A stretch of DNA of 64,000 bases, from contig OX597816.1 of assembly GCA_951406725.2 (NCBI GenBank), positions 159,092,001 to 159,156,000 on the forward strand, read 5' to 3'. Within the stretch, counting starts at the first letter, position 1, and each line of letters opens with the position of its first letter. Position numbers and translations under genes: made by a program. Of this stretch, positions 40,919 to 55,088 are shown in pieces. Below the pieces are notes generated by a model. The model searched no databases. It worked only from the letters and a program-made list of their open reading frames with translations, and was not told where the DNA came from. This DNA comes from Octopus vulgaris (taxonomy: Eukaryota).

Positions 40919-41234
40919 TAATGTATGTGTGTCTGAAAATATATGAACACGTGCTTTTGAGTAATGTATTTATGTGTATGCGTGTGTATGTGAATGAGTG
41001 TGTGTGAGAACTTATGTGTGTGAATATATGTGTGTGTGTGTGTGTGTTTGAGTAACGTATGTCTGCGCTATTGAGTAATTTGTGTCTGTGTGTGTATGTG
41101 CGCGTGAATTATGTGTGTGTTTGTATGTGTGTGTGATTATGTGTGTGTGTCATTGAATAATGAATATGTTTGTACATTGGTATCTATGATGGGGTGTGTG
41201 TAATTATGTGCTGGAGATTATATGTGTGAGCGTA

Positions 41235-41280
<46 letters not shown>

Positions 41281-41712
41281 GGTGTGGTTGAATATCGTCA
41301 TGGTTTAAGTAATGTGTATGTATGCGTCAGTATGTATGTGTGATGTGAGCGAGTGTATGTGTGTGTATACCTATATATGTGTAATGTCTGTATCTAAGCA
41401 TGTGTGTGTGTATGTGTATATTGTTTGTGCATGTGTGCGTGTCTACATGTATGTTTAAAATCATTGCGTATGTATGTATGTAAGTGTCTGTCTGTATGCA
41501 TGCATGTATGCATGTATGTGTACATGTATGTATGACGCGGTTGAGTGTGTATATGTGCGTGTCTGTATAGTGTGAAGTGTGTGTGTGTGTGTATAAGTGT
41601 GAAGTGTGTGTGTGTGTGTGTGACTATGGAATATATTGGTGAACACAGGTATATGTGTAAGTATATATATATATATATGTATGTGTGCATAAGTGATATA
41701 ACTGAATGTATG

Positions 41713-41751
<39 letters not shown>

Positions 41752-41856
41752 CGCTATGAGTAAGATGGAAGTGGCTGAGTATGTGTATGAGTGTATGTGT
41801 ATGTGTGTGTGTATGAATGATATCGATGAGTGTACATGTATTTGTATGTGTGCGTG

Positions 41857-41899
<43 letters not shown>

Positions 41900-42389
41900 A
41901 TGTGAGTATGAGTGATGTCTGAGTATACGTATCTGTGTGTATGTGTGTTACAGCTGTATTCACATCCCACGCATTTTATTTCGTCTGAGCCCCTACCACC
42001 ACCAACACCACCACAACACAACGATCGCTACAAACACAATGTGGTCGCAAGACATGCTAGAAATAGCAGCCAAATACCCCCCTGTCTCACTCGGAAGCCG
42101 GAAAAAAAAAACCTTAGAAAATGTAGTCCGTGGTGTATAATGCCTGAAAAAGAAATTTTTGAAAATAAAAAGAAAACGATATTTTATCTTTTATATCTTT
42201 TACTTGTTTCAGTCATTTGACTGCGGTCATGCTGGGGCACCCCCTTGAAGAAATTTTAGATGAATGAATCAACCCCAGCGCTTATTGTTTTCCAAGTCTG
42301 GTACTTATTATATCGGTCTTTTTTGTGAAACGCTAAGTTACGTGAACGTAAATCCGGCAACACTGGTCGTCAAGCGGTATCAGGAGACA

Positions 42390-42458
<69 letters not shown>

Positions 42459-42646
42459 TCACACACGCACACAAACACACACATGTTTACGACGAGCTTC
42501 TTTCAGTTTCCGTTTACCAAATCCACTGCTAAGGCTTTGGTAAGTTCGAGGCTATGATAGGGGACGCTTGCCCAAGGTGCCACACAGTGGGACTGAACCC
42601 GGAACCATGTGGTTGGGAAGCAAACTTCTTACCGTACAGTCACTCC

Positions 42647-42717
42647 TGCATCAGCAGGGAATTGAACCTAGGCCGCCAGCGTGACAGGCGAGCATTCTAT
42701 CATTGGGCCACCGACGA
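42647..42717 (-). pseudogene. tRNA-Gly(GCC)-derived pseudogene whose anticodon now reads GTC, fused to a SINE B head
   Basis: Minus strand tcgtcggtggcccaatgatagaatgctcgcctgtcacgctggcggcctaggttcaattccctgctgatgca, compared with invertebrate tRNA-Gly GCATCGGTGGTTCAGTGGTAGAATGCTCGCCTGCCACGCGGGCGGCCCGGGTTCGATTCCCGGCCGATGCA (recalled). Confidence 0.8.
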
Positions 42718-43199
42718 TTGATGGTCACGGTTGAAGTGTCTTTCACCGTAGATCTGCTTCATTAGCGTTGACCAAGTCTGAAACAAATACAGTATAAAGC
42801 TTCTATGTGGTCGCCGAGCATGCAAGAAATAGCAGTCAAAACTTCCATAAAACTTCAAAAAAGAAGGTTGATGGATAACGTGTCGGTATGCATTATGACT
42901 GAAAGCTGACTTGATGGTCATTGCAGGAACATATATCTGAACTGCGGTTAAACAACGACAGCAATAACAACAAGAGATTTGATGGAGATTTGGCAGCTAT
43001 TTCTAGTATACTCGGTGCCATGTGGCTCCGAGTATGCTAGAAATAGCAGCCAAATCTCCATCAAACTTCAAAAAAGAAGGTTCGATGGCCATGGTAGGAA
43101 CTCATATGATCAGGTCTGAGCTAAACAATAATAACGACATTTTCCTGTTAGTAGCAACAGCATCAACACCACAACATCCTATACAACAATCATCAACTC

Positions 43200-44472
43200 A
43201 ACACACCACCACCACCATCTCCGCCACGGTCACCACCATCACCGCCTTTACCACCGTGCCCACCTCCTCTACATCAACACAACTATCACCAACGAAAACA
43301 TCACCATCATTGCCACCACCACCACCACCACCATCACAACAACAATTACTTCAATCGTTATTACCACTATTCACCCCACCGCCATTTCCACCAATACCAA
43401 AATCCCCAAAACTAATCACCACCACCACCATTATCACCATCATCACCACCACCACCACCACCACCATTATCATCACCACCATCACCACCACCATTATCAT
43501 CACCATCACCACTACCACCACCACCATCACCACCACCACCATCACCACCACCACCACTACCACCATTATCACCACCACCACTACCACCATTATCACCACC
43601 ACCACTACCACCATTATCACCACCACCATCACGACCACCATTATCCTCACCACCACCACCACCATCACTATTACCATTATCACCACCACCACTACCACCA
43701 TTATCACCACCACCATCACCACCACCATTATCATCACCACCACCACCACCACCACCACCACCATCACCACCACCACCACCACCACCACCACCACCACCAC
43801 CATCACCACCACCATTATCATCACCACCACCACCACCACCACCACCACCACTACCACCATTATCACCACCACCACCACCACCACCACCACCACCATTATC
43901 ACCACCACCACCACCACCAATCACCACCACCACCATTACCACCACCACCACCACCACCACCACTACCACCATTATCACCACCACCACCACCACTACCACC
44001 ACTACCACCATTATCACCACCACCAAACCACCACCACCACCACCACCACCACCACTACCACCATTATCACCACCACCACCACCACCACCACCACTACCAC
44101 TACCACTATTATCACCACCACCATCACCACCACCACCACTACCACTATTATCACCACCACCATCACCACCACCACCACTACCACTATCATCACCACCACC
44201 ATCACCACCACCACCACCACCATTATCACCATCATCACCACCACCACCACCACCACCATCACCACCACCACCACCACTACTACCACCATTATCACCACCA
44301 CCACCACCACCACCATCATCACCACCACCACCACCACCATTATCATCACCACCACCACCACCACCATTATCATCACCACCACCACACCACCACCACCACC
44401 ACCACCACCACCACCATTATCATCACCACCACCACCACCACCACCATTATCATCACCACCACCACTACCACC
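43200..44472. repeat. ~1.2-kb (ACC)n/(ATC)/(ATT) trinucleotide low-complexity array
   Basis: Direct reading; the 484-aa poly-Thr ORF arises because these triplets contain no stop codon. Confidence 0.9.
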
Positions 44473-45334
44473 TTGAAATACACAATGTGTGGGAGAAATA
44501 CAAGAAACTAAAAGAAGGAAAAACTAGCTGGTTTGTCATTATTGGAGCACCTTTAATCATGCGTCTATAGGATGATGAGTGACCTAGGGTTAAATAACAG
44601 AAGCTGCTGCTACTGCTGCCGCTGAACTTCAATACAGTTTATATGACAAACTATAAATATTCGATATTTCCAATGAGTAGATAAGTACAACTCATCATCA
44701 CGTGCTTCTACCCACCCCATCCCACCACTCACACACCTCCACTACCTTCTCGATCTCTCTGTCGCTCTCTCCCGCTTTCTCGCTCTTAGTCTCTCCAACT
44801 GTTTATATGAATGTATGCATACACACACATCACGCGCACACACGCACACACACACACGTCGCGCGCGCGTACACATACACGCGCACACGCGCACACATTG
44901 AGATCTCTCTCTCTTTCTCTCTCTCCCTCTTTTCTCTCTCTCCCTCCTTCTCTCTCTCTCCCTTCTCCTCTCTCTCTCCCTCCTTCTCTCTATTCTCTCC
45001 CTCTTTCTCTCTCTCCCTCTCACCCTCTCTCCTTCTCTCTCTCTCTCCCCTCTTTCTCTCTCCCCTCTTTCTCTCCCCCTCTCATTCTCTCTCTCTAAAC
45101 ATATATTATATATACATATATATACATATATATATATAATATATATATATATATACACACACATATATATACATATATATGAATGTATGTATGTTTGCAT
45201 GTATGTATGTGTGTATGTGTGTATGTGCGTATGTATTTTTGCATATGTGCATGTGCGTATTTTTGCATGCACACAGGTATGTATGTATGTATGCATGCAT
45301 GTATGCATGTATGTATGTATGCATGCATGTAATG

Positions 45335-45387
45335 TTATCTGATGAGATGGATTTATAAATATAAAATTATTGAAACGAACATAATGA
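45335..45387 (+). ncRNA. Hammerhead-ribozyme motif (type I)
   Basis: Stem I UUAU/AUGA; core CUGAUGA (45339-45345); ~11-bp stem II GAUGGAUUUAU/AUAAAAUUAUU; GAAAC-GAAC-AUA (one stem III mismatch). Confidence 0.6.
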
Positions 45388-45705
45388 AGGATTTGAAAAA
45401 AATCAATAGTTTGCTTTCTGGAATTATTTCAATTTTATGGGGATCCTTTCCTGCGTTTTAGCTTCACTCCAAATATATGCAACTTTATACTTAAGTATGC
45501 AATGTCGGAATATAGGAGTTTAGACATGGCTTAGATATGGAGCCCTAATTCTTGTGATAATGCGTCACAGACATGTAAAGCACGTCATAAATTTTTACAC
45601 ATACATACATACATACATACATACATACATACATACATACATACATGCATGCATGTATGCATGCATACCTGCACACATGCATATATACATGCGGCATATA
45701 TACAA

Positions 45706-46383
45706 AGGCGGCGAGCTGGCAGAAACGTTAGCACGCCGGGCGAAATGCGTGGCCGTATTTCGTCGGTCGTTACGTTCTGAGTTCAAATTCCGCCGAGGTC
45801 GACTTTGCCTTTAATCCTTTCGGGGTCGATAAATTAAGTACCAGTTGCGCCCTGGGGTCGATGTAATCGACTTAATCCCCTTGTCTGTCCTTGTTTGTCC
45901 CCTCTGTGTTTAGCCCCTTGTGGGTAGTAAATAAATATATACATACATACATACATACATACATACATACATACATACATACATGCATGCATGCATACCT
46001 GCATGCATATATACATACAGTATGTGTGCGCGCGCGTGTACATAATTGTATGTTAGGCTGTCAGATGATTTTGTTGTTTTTTCTCCCCATTTATTTTAAT
46101 CCTTATCTTTCTATCCACAATTTCAACAAATCAGTCAATAATATATATTCTGTTTCTTTACTACCCAAAAGGGGCTAAACATAGAGGGGATAAACAAGGA
46201 CAGACAAACGGATTAAATCAATTACATCGACCCCAGTGCGTAACTGGTACTTAATTTATCGACCCCGAAAGGTAGAAAGGCAAAGTCGATCTCGGCGGAA
46301 ATTGAACTCAGAACGTAACGGCAGACGAAATACGGTTACGCAATTCGCCCGGCGTGCTAACGGTTCTGCCAGCTCGCCGTCCT
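45706..46383. mobile_element. Two SINE family A copies (45706-45934 +; 46152-46383 -, with 22-bp TSD atcagtcaataat[a/g]tatattct)
   Basis: Family core sequence and flanking duplications. Confidence 0.85.
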
Positions 46384-46389
46384 ATCAGT

Positions 46390-47100
46390 CAATAATGTAT
46401 ATTCTCCTTCATCGCTCACGACTTCTTGCCAACGTTCCACCTACATGTCAATACCTTGACAATAGAAATCATCGGGTCTTAATTAGAATGATTCATCGAA
46501 CCACGTTTTCAGTTCTACGTTGTTTCTCAAGGAAACACCTCGCAGACCGTTGGAAAGCTACCGATAAAACGTGATAATCTGAAAGCTCTATATCGGAAGA
46601 ACACGGCAGGTGCGGTTGAAGCTTTCGCTCGAACTCTGGAAATGCATTTTTAGTCAAATCAGTAACGATTGTCAGTTGAAGGACCATTCTGTATCGCTGG
46701 TCGAATCATTTCAGCTGAGTTGCTCATCGAGTGAACGCGACGGGTAACTGTATCATGAAAGCATATCATTTGCTGGGCCAATTCCCAGATGGAATGGTAC
46801 AGATCCTCGTAGATGAGCTGATTCAATCGATACTCATTCAACTGAATGGGTCATCAGGAATATGGTCATCAGTAACAGTGCCTTTTTATCTACACAGCAC
46901 AAATGACTCGAGCTTTGCCTGAAAGCGAACAGAAGGTGTCGAAAATGCACATTTGTTTCTACTTCGAACTTCATCATCATATACCAAAAAAGAGAAGTTT
47001 TTTTTTTTTCAAATTTCAAAAACAATAAACAATAGCTGCATCAAAGTATTTTTCCTGTTAATTCGAATAATACTGGGAAGTAACGAACGCATTTATTTCA
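46390..47100 (-). mobile_element. Degenerate mariner transposase remnant
   Basis: N-terminal EVETNVHFRHLLFAF and PHLPCSSDIELSDYHV (YSPDLAPSDY-like). Confidence 0.7.
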
Positions 47101-47615
47101 TAATACATACATAAATACATGTATGTAAGCATTGGAGGTCTAGGCAGGATTTTATAACATACCTTTTGTCTCCAAGCAGTCTCCGGGCTCTGAACACATG
47201 GTCTCTTCTAGTGATTTTGAGGCCTAATTCACTTAAGGAATCAATGAGTCTTTTTAGATTGCTTGGATATACAAGGCCTGTTATGTGCGTGGGTGTATGT
47301 GTGCGTGTGTTCTTTTATTCTTTTACTTGTTTCAGTCATTTGACTGCGGCCATGCTGAAGCACCGCCCTGAAGGTTTTTAGACGAAGAAATTGACCCTAG
47401 GACTTATTTTTTGTAAGTCTAGTAACTATTCTATCGGTCTGTTTTGTCGAACCGCTAAGTTACGGTGACATAAACACACCAGCATCGGTTGTGAAGCGAT
47501 AGCGGGGAGGGGTACAAACACACATACACACACACGCACATAAGTACATACATATATATACATGCATATATACATACATACATACAAATAAACAAACATA
47601 CATACATACATAAAT

Positions 47616-47681
<66 letters not shown>

Positions 47682-47881
47682 CAGCAGGAAATTTTGTCAG
47701 TGAACAGGTCGCGGTTTCAAAGCGAGGAAAATATTTTGACGCAAATTAAATTTAAATCTTGAAGTGAATCTAACGGCTTTTTTGTTTTTTTAATGACTTA
47801 TAAACAACTTCCACACTGCAACTGTTTTTGCTTCAGCACACGATCTCAGATCAAGTCACTTGCTATGCAAGTACATCTCCG

Positions 47882-47962
<81 letters not shown>

Positions 47963-48505
47963 CTCGCTCTCGCTCTCTCTCTCTCTTCTCCCCCTCCTTA
48001 ATTCCTTTGTTCCTCTTTTTCTCTCCCTTCTCTTCTCACGTGACCGCTGGCCGACTACTGGCCCTTTCGCGTCGGACCACGGTCACGTCGGACCACGGTC
48101 ACGTTCACATCGATTTTTCCTCAGTTCGTCTCCAGTCGAAAGACGCCTGTTGTTATGTCCTGTTATTATTATTATTATTATTGTTTTTTTTTTGTATTAT
48201 TTTTGTTTTTATATTCGTGTAACATCGTCCGTTTCTCCGTCCTTGTTTCGTATACATTCGATCCTTTTCCCAAGGAATTTAATGCTCTTGGTTTAGTTTT
48301 TCCTTAGGGCTGGCCAGATTGGAGCAATCTCAAGATTAATCAGCCGAAATTGCGAGAATGATCCTGTTCTTGACTGAAGATTAAAGGCTTCAAATGACCC
48401 GTCCGTGTTTTTTGTATCGTCTATCTGGATGTTTTGCGTTCTTGTCCCATTTTGTATTTTGTTTATATATACATACATACACACATACATACATACATAC
48501 ATACA

Positions 48506-48586
<81 letters not shown>

Positions 48587-48590
<4 letters not shown>

Positions 48591-50281
48591 ACATCCAAAG
48601 CCTCTATACTGTTATCCCTCACCACGAAGGACTGCAGGCCCTTCGACACTTTCTTGACCTCCGCTCTAACCCTGTACCTGACACCTCCACACTCATTCGT
48701 CTGGCCGAACTTGTCCTTACTCTGAACTGCTTCTCGTTCGCGGGCGAGTTCTACCATCAGGTCTCGGGAGTGGCCATGGGAACGCGAATGGGCCCCAACT
48801 ATGCGAACCTGTTCGTTGGCTATGTTGAGGCCCAAATATTCTCTAATTTCACTGGTCCCACTCTTGAACTATATGGTCGTTATATTGACGACATTATCGG
48901 TGCCACCTCACTCTCCCGCGAACATCTAGATTCCTTCCTCTCTTTCGTCCAATCTTTCCATCCAGCCCTCCACTTCACTTCCACTATCTCCAACACCTCT
49001 GCCTCCTTCCTCGACATTTCGGTTAGCATTCTTCACTCCACTCTTACCACCTCCATTCACTACAAACACACAGACTCACACTCATACCTCAACTTCTCTT
49101 CCTCCCACCCAGAACACACCAAGCTTTCCATCCCCTATTCCCAATTCCTCCGTCTACGTAGGCTCTGTAGTGACGACCATGACTTTGAGACTCAGTCTCA
49201 ACGTATGGCTCACCACTTCACCCTACGTGGATACCCCCTCACCACTATCCACACCGCCCTTGCCAGAGCACGGTCCGTGGACCGTGTATCGGCTCTCTCT
49301 CCCCGAACCCGCCCTGTAGTCTCCCGCCTCCCTTTTCCCCTCACTTACCACCCCACGACCCTACGTCTCCAACGCACCATTCTTCGAGCTTTCCGTCATC
49401 TCCAGTCCGACCCGTCCACTTCACACCTCTTCCCTAACCGACCCCTCTCCTCTTTCAAACGAGCCCACAACCTTCGAGACCTTTTGGTCCATAGCTCCTT
49501 CCCTGACCCTACCTCCCAACCCGGCTCGTTCCCCTGCTCCCGCCCACGTTGCCGCACTTGCCCTTACCTCTCCAACACCACCCGCCTCACTAGCACCCAC
49601 CATCGACCCTATCCCATCATCCACTCCTTCACCTGCACCTCCAGCAATATTATCTATTGCATCTCTTGCTCTCTCTGCAATTCCTTGTACATCGGACAAA
49701 CGGGACGCCGCTTGGCTGACCGGTTCGCGGAACACCTTCGTGACATCCACCTTGCGAACGACACACCGGTCTCACGCCATTTCCGCTCCACCGGTCACTC
49801 CTTGCAACACCTATCTGTGTTCGGTTTGTCCTTACACAGAGGCCATCCGGATTCCCGTTTGCGCCGTGAACAGGAATTAATCTTCTGTCTTCGCTCTTAT
49901 ACGCCATTTGGTCTCAACTCTCCCCCCTCCTCATCTAACTCCCCTCTCCCCCCTCCTCACCTATCCTTTCTCCCCCCGACCCCTACTTCTTCAGTCCTTC
50001 ATCCTTTCACCCCTACTCCCCTTCCCTTCTTCCCTCTTTCTCCCTCCCTCTTCCCCTTCCCTCTGCTCCCTCACTCCCTCTCTCCCCTTCTCTCTCCCCC
50101 TCTCCCTCTTTCCTCCTTCATCCCCCTCCTCCCCTTCCTTCTCCCCATCCTCTCCTCTTACCCCTTCTCCTCCCCTCTTCTTCTCCTCCCCTTCTCTCCC
50201 CCCCTCTTCTCCTCACTACACCACATGACTTTACACATCACATCACATATGATGTGCCATACTAATACACACACCAACTAA
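48587..50281 (+). CDS. PLE polyprotein: reverse transcriptase (partial), thumb, Cys-rich linker and GIY-YIG endonuclease
   Basis: [110 protein letters not shown]. About 445 conserved codons (to ~49918) are uninterrupted; the remainder is low-complexity read-through. Confidence 0.9.
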
Positions 50282-50767
50282 TACATACTAATACGTACTA
50301 ATACATACTAGTACATACTAATACTTACACCAACCCTATACATACACACGTCCAGACCCCGCATACGCACTTATCCTCTCTCACACACACACACACACAC
50401 CTATACATACCAATACGTACTAATACATACTAATACATACTAATACATACACCAACCCCATACATACGCACGTCCAGACCAATCCTACGCACTAATACTC
50501 TCTCATACACACACACACACACACACACCCCCTTATACATACTAATACATACACCAACCCTATACATACACACATCCAGACCCCTCCCACGCACTATTAG
50601 CTGGTCCCTCAACCCTTTTATCAACCCTATTATCTCCCCTTATTTCGCTCTCGCGTCTCATGTTTGATCTTTGACCTCTGGCCGAAATCAGATCGCCATG
50701 TTGATTCGTTAGCTACTGCACGCATTTTTTTTCTCTCCTTCTTTCTGTGTTTTTCTCTCTCTGTGTA

Positions 50768-50805
50768 TCTTTCTGTTGAAGAGCGTAGGCTCGAAACGTT
50801 AAAGA
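50768..50805 (+). ncRNA. Minimal type I hammerhead ribozyme in the PLE pseudo-LTR (A6U variant)
   Basis: Stem I UCUUU/AAAGA; core CUGUUGA plus an extra A; stem II GAGC(GUAG)GCUC; GAAA; palindromic stem III ACGU; GUU triplet. Confidence 0.8.
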
Positions 50806-50902
50806 CTTGTTTTATTTATATTTCCTGAGCGCCATACTAATACAATTGTTCGTTTGTTTTCCACCTGCCTTCGTCTTTTGTTTATTTTCATAAAGCTTCC
50901 CG

Positions 50903-50954
<52 letters not shown>

Positions 50955-50956
<2 letters not shown>

Positions 50957-51137
50957 AGAGAGTTTACGAAAAAAAAGACGAAGATAGGTGGTGTACAAAG
51001 CAAACAGATGTATTAGTATAGCGCTCAGAATAGAAAAGTCTTTTGCGTTTCGAGCCTACGCTCTTCTACAGAAAGGGACACAGAAAAAACAAGGAGAGAA
51101 AAAATGTGTGTAGTGGCTAACGATCTATCATGGCGAC
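50955..51137 (-). mobile_element. Inverted, diverged pseudo-LTR copy with an HHR at 51039-51076
   Basis: Reverse complement aligns to 50693-50900; motif CUUU-CUGUAGA-A-GAGC(GUAG)GCUC-GAAAC-GCA-AAAG. Confidence 0.8.
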
Positions 51138-51417
51138 ACATATGTGTATATATATATATATATATATATGTGTATGTATGTATGTATATATTTATAAACC
51201 TACTGTTAAACCCCGGGGAGGGGGTGTTGCGTACCGTTACTTAATAAATGAAATTACGACGTGTTTCTTTCAGTTTCTGTCTACCGGATTTACTCACAAG
51301 GCTTTGGTCGGGCCAGGGGTATAGTAGAAGACACTTGCCCAAGGTGTCACGTAGTGAGACTGAACCTGGAACTATGTGGTTGGGAAGCAAGCTCCTTAAA
51401 ACACAGCCACACCTGTG

Positions 51418-51478
<61 letters not shown>

Positions 51479-51674
51479 TTTTATTCTTTTTTCTTTTATC
51501 TGTTTCAGTCATTTGACTGCGACCATGCTGGAGCAATACCTTTAGTCGAACAAACCGACCCCAGGACTTATTCTTCGTAAGCCTAGTACTTATTCTATCG
51601 GCCCCCGTTGCCGAACCGCTAGGTTTAGGGAACGTAAACTCACCAGCATCGGTTATCAAGCGATGGTGGGGAGA

Positions 51675-51720
<46 letters not shown>

Positions 51721-52949
51721 TACATACATATATACGATGGCCTTCTTTCAGTTTCCGTCTACCAAATCCACTTAGCTGGAGGTTATAGTAGAAGACACTT
51801 GCCCAAGGTGTCATGCAGTGGGACTTAACCCAGAATCATGTGGTAGAGAAGCAAGCTACTTACCACACAGCCACGCCTGTGCCTATATTCATAATTCTTT
51901 ACTATTATAGACACAAAGTCTGCAATTTAGAGGGGAGGGTTTTAGTCGTCAACATCGACGCCAGTACTCAACCGGTACTTAGTTTATCGACCCTGAAAGG
52001 ATGAAAGACAAATTACCTCGTAGTAATTTGAAGTTAGGACGTAAAGATGGACGAAATGCCGCTAAGCTCACTGACTTCGTCATATTAATAAATAATAATG
52101 TGGAGGCGCAATGGTCCAGTGGTCAGGGCAGCGAACTCGCGGTCATAGGATAGCGGTTTCGATTCTGAGACCGGGCGTTGTGAGTGTTTATTGAGCGAAA
52201 ACACCTAAAGCTCCACAAGGCTCCGGCAGGGGGTGGGTGGAGAACCCTGCTGTATTCTTTCACCCCTAATTTCTCTCACTCTTTCTTCCTGTTTCTGTTA
52301 TACCTGTATTTCAAAGGGTCGGCTTTGTCACACTCTGTGTCACGCTGAATCTCCCCGAGAACTACGTTATGGGTACACGTGTCTGTGGAGTGCTCAGCCA
52401 CTTGCACGTTAATTTCACGAGCTGACTGTTCTGTTGATCGGATCAACTGGAACCCTCGTCGTCGTAACCAACGGAGTGCCACAAAATAATAATAAGAAGA
52501 AGGAAAATAAGAAGGCGGCGAGCTGGCAGAATCGTTAGCACACCTGGCGAAATGCTTAGTGGCATTTCGTCCGTCTTTATGTCCTTTACGTTCTGAGTTC
52601 AAATGCCACCGAGGTCGACTTTGCTTCTCATTCTTCCGGGGTCAATAAAATAAGTAGCAGTTGAACACTGGGGTCAATGAAATCGACTTAACTCCCCCCT
52701 CTAAAAAGTTGACCTTGTACCAAAACTTGAAGCCTATAAAAAGAAAAAAGATAGTCAGAAATATTTGGTTCATTTAATTTATTTATAAACAAATAGGAAA
52801 AGTTCTAAAATTTTCCTCGAGAAATGGAGATCAAATACGCCTTAAAGGTAAATGCTTTTGAGCAATTATTTCTTTTCATTTCCTTCGGACAATTTGAAGA
52901 TATTTTAAATCTATATATATAAAGAAACGATACCGCCATAACTTTTGAC

Positions 52950-53023
<74 letters not shown>

Positions 53024-53129
53024 CTACATACACACGCACACACACACACTCACCCACATACTCACGTTACCATAGCAACATTCGGCTGTAGGAAATCTAC
53101 CTCAAAGAATTTCTGTTACTGTGGTAACG

Positions 53130-53925
53130 GGCCTAAAGTACCCAGAGTGAAGTCGCTTGGCGCAGATTGACCTTGAACTCTGTTGCGCATGCACACTTAA
53201 GTTATAACATTCTTGCTCACTTCCGTTGTTTATAGCAGGGATTGGAAGTAAAGTGTGTAGAGTGTGGTCGTCTCAAAAAGATCGGGTTTTAGCTGCGCAA
53301 TATTGTCTTGGTTGTGATGAGGAAGATGAAAACATTTTGGAAACGGTCATAACAGGTGGCGAATCGTAGGTCAAAGGTTATGGCCACGAGACAAAAGTTC
53401 AGTCTTCGCAATGGAAGACCCCCACCCCCATCCGACAAGACTTTAAGACATCAAGGAAATCCAAGAAAATGCGATGCGGTAACTGCTCGCTATCCTTCAA
53501 AAAAGGAGTTCCAGGAATGCTTCCATCCATGGAAACGACCCTGATTAAAGTGTGTGACTTTTGAAGGGGTGAAACTTCAAACGAGATCAAATTGCCGAAT
53601 TGGTAGGTATTGTATGATAGGTATTGAAAAGGCAGCGAGCTGGCGGAAATGTTAGCACTCCGGGCGAAATACTTTACGGTATTTCGTCTGTCGCTACGTT
53701 CTGAGTTCAAATTCCACCGAGGTCGACTTTGCCTTTCATCCTTTCGGGGTCGATTAAATAAGTACCAGTTACGCACTGGGGTCGATATAATCGACTTAAT
53801 CCGTTTGTCTGTCCTTGTTTGTCCTCTCTGTGTTTAGCCCCATTGTGGGTAGTAAAGAAATAGGTATTGTATGATAGTTTTCTTTTTATAGCACTTGTCC
53901 CAATACTTTTTGACCAGTCCTCGTA
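53130..53925 (+). mobile_element. Internally deleted mariner remnant interrupted by SINE A (53630-53860; duplicated taggtattgtatgatag)
   Basis: C-terminal EFQECFHPWKRP*LKCVTFEG; right TIR gtcccaatactttttgaccagtcctcg|ta. Confidence 0.6.
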
Positions 53926-53928
53926 CAT

Positions 53929-54015
<87 letters not shown>

Positions 54016-54734
54016 TCAAGGTCATCGCTCAATCAGGGCTGACAATGTAGCGGTATCTGAATGAGCAAGCCTAGGCAGGTTTATTTTGTGGGAGACCAGC
54101 AACTGCCCATGCATGCAAGTCTCCTCTCTCCTCTCTTCAAACCACTATGCTGTCCTGCATAAACGAAATGCATGCCTAAGACATATAAATGAACGTAAAT
54201 AACAAATCCGGTTTTTTAAAGATAAATCTTTCATTTTTATGAGAGACAGCTGGAAAGTGTACACATTACATGTTATATCATTCCCTAACCCTAGCCCTAG
54301 CCCTAACAGTTATATGGTCTTGCGTTCTAAAAGTTCATGTTCTGACCCCATATATTCTTTTACTTGTTTCAATCAGCTGCCTGCGGCCATGCTGGAGCAC
54401 CGCCTCTAGTCGAACAAATAGACCCCAGGACTTATTCTTTGTATGCCGAGCACTTATTCTATTATCGGTCTCTTTTGCCGAACCACTAAGTTCCGGGAAC
54501 GCAAACACACCGACATCGTTTGTCAAGCGATGGTGGGGGAACAAACAGAGGCAGACACACAAAATTACAAACGCACACACATACGCGACGGGCTTCTTTC
54601 AGTTTCCGTCTACCAAATCCCCTCACGGCCTCAGGTTATAGTGGAGAACACTTACCGAAGTTTCCATGCAGTGGGACTGAACCCGGAATCAAGTGGCTGT
54701 GAAGCAAGCATCTTACTACACAGCCACTCCTGCG

Positions 54735-54800
<66 letters not shown>

Positions 54801-54817
54801 TAGATATATATATACAC

Positions 54818-54891
<74 letters not shown>

Positions 54892-54920
54892 CGGTAGGTA
54901 GGTAGGTAGATAGATAGATT

Positions 54921-54952
<32 letters not shown>

Positions 54953-55088
54953 CATACATACATACATACATACATACATACATACATACATACATGCATG
55001 CATATATGCATTTATACACATACACATGTACATACATAGATAAGTATTTATAAATATCTGTACACAAACACATATATGTATACATATA

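Larger units (their letters stand above)
48587..50903 (+). mobile_element. Penelope-like retroelement, Neptune type, 5'-truncated, flanked by (TA)n on both sides
   Basis: RT-GIY-YIG ORF, C/T-rich 3' region with ~120-bp tandem units (50280-50600), and a 3' pseudo-LTR (50690-50903) containing an HHR. Confidence 0.93.

Noticed and set aside
43022-44476. 484-aa Thr/His/Pro-rich mucin-like ORF and its antisense Val/Gly ORFs
   Set aside because: Stop-free trinucleotide array; the N-terminus comes from a dispersed repeat (ctagaaatagcagccaaat); no domain or splice evidence.
48434-48586. N-terminal extension of the 615-aa ORF
   Set aside because: Read-through of flanking microsatellite; the PLE sequence begins at ATG 48587.
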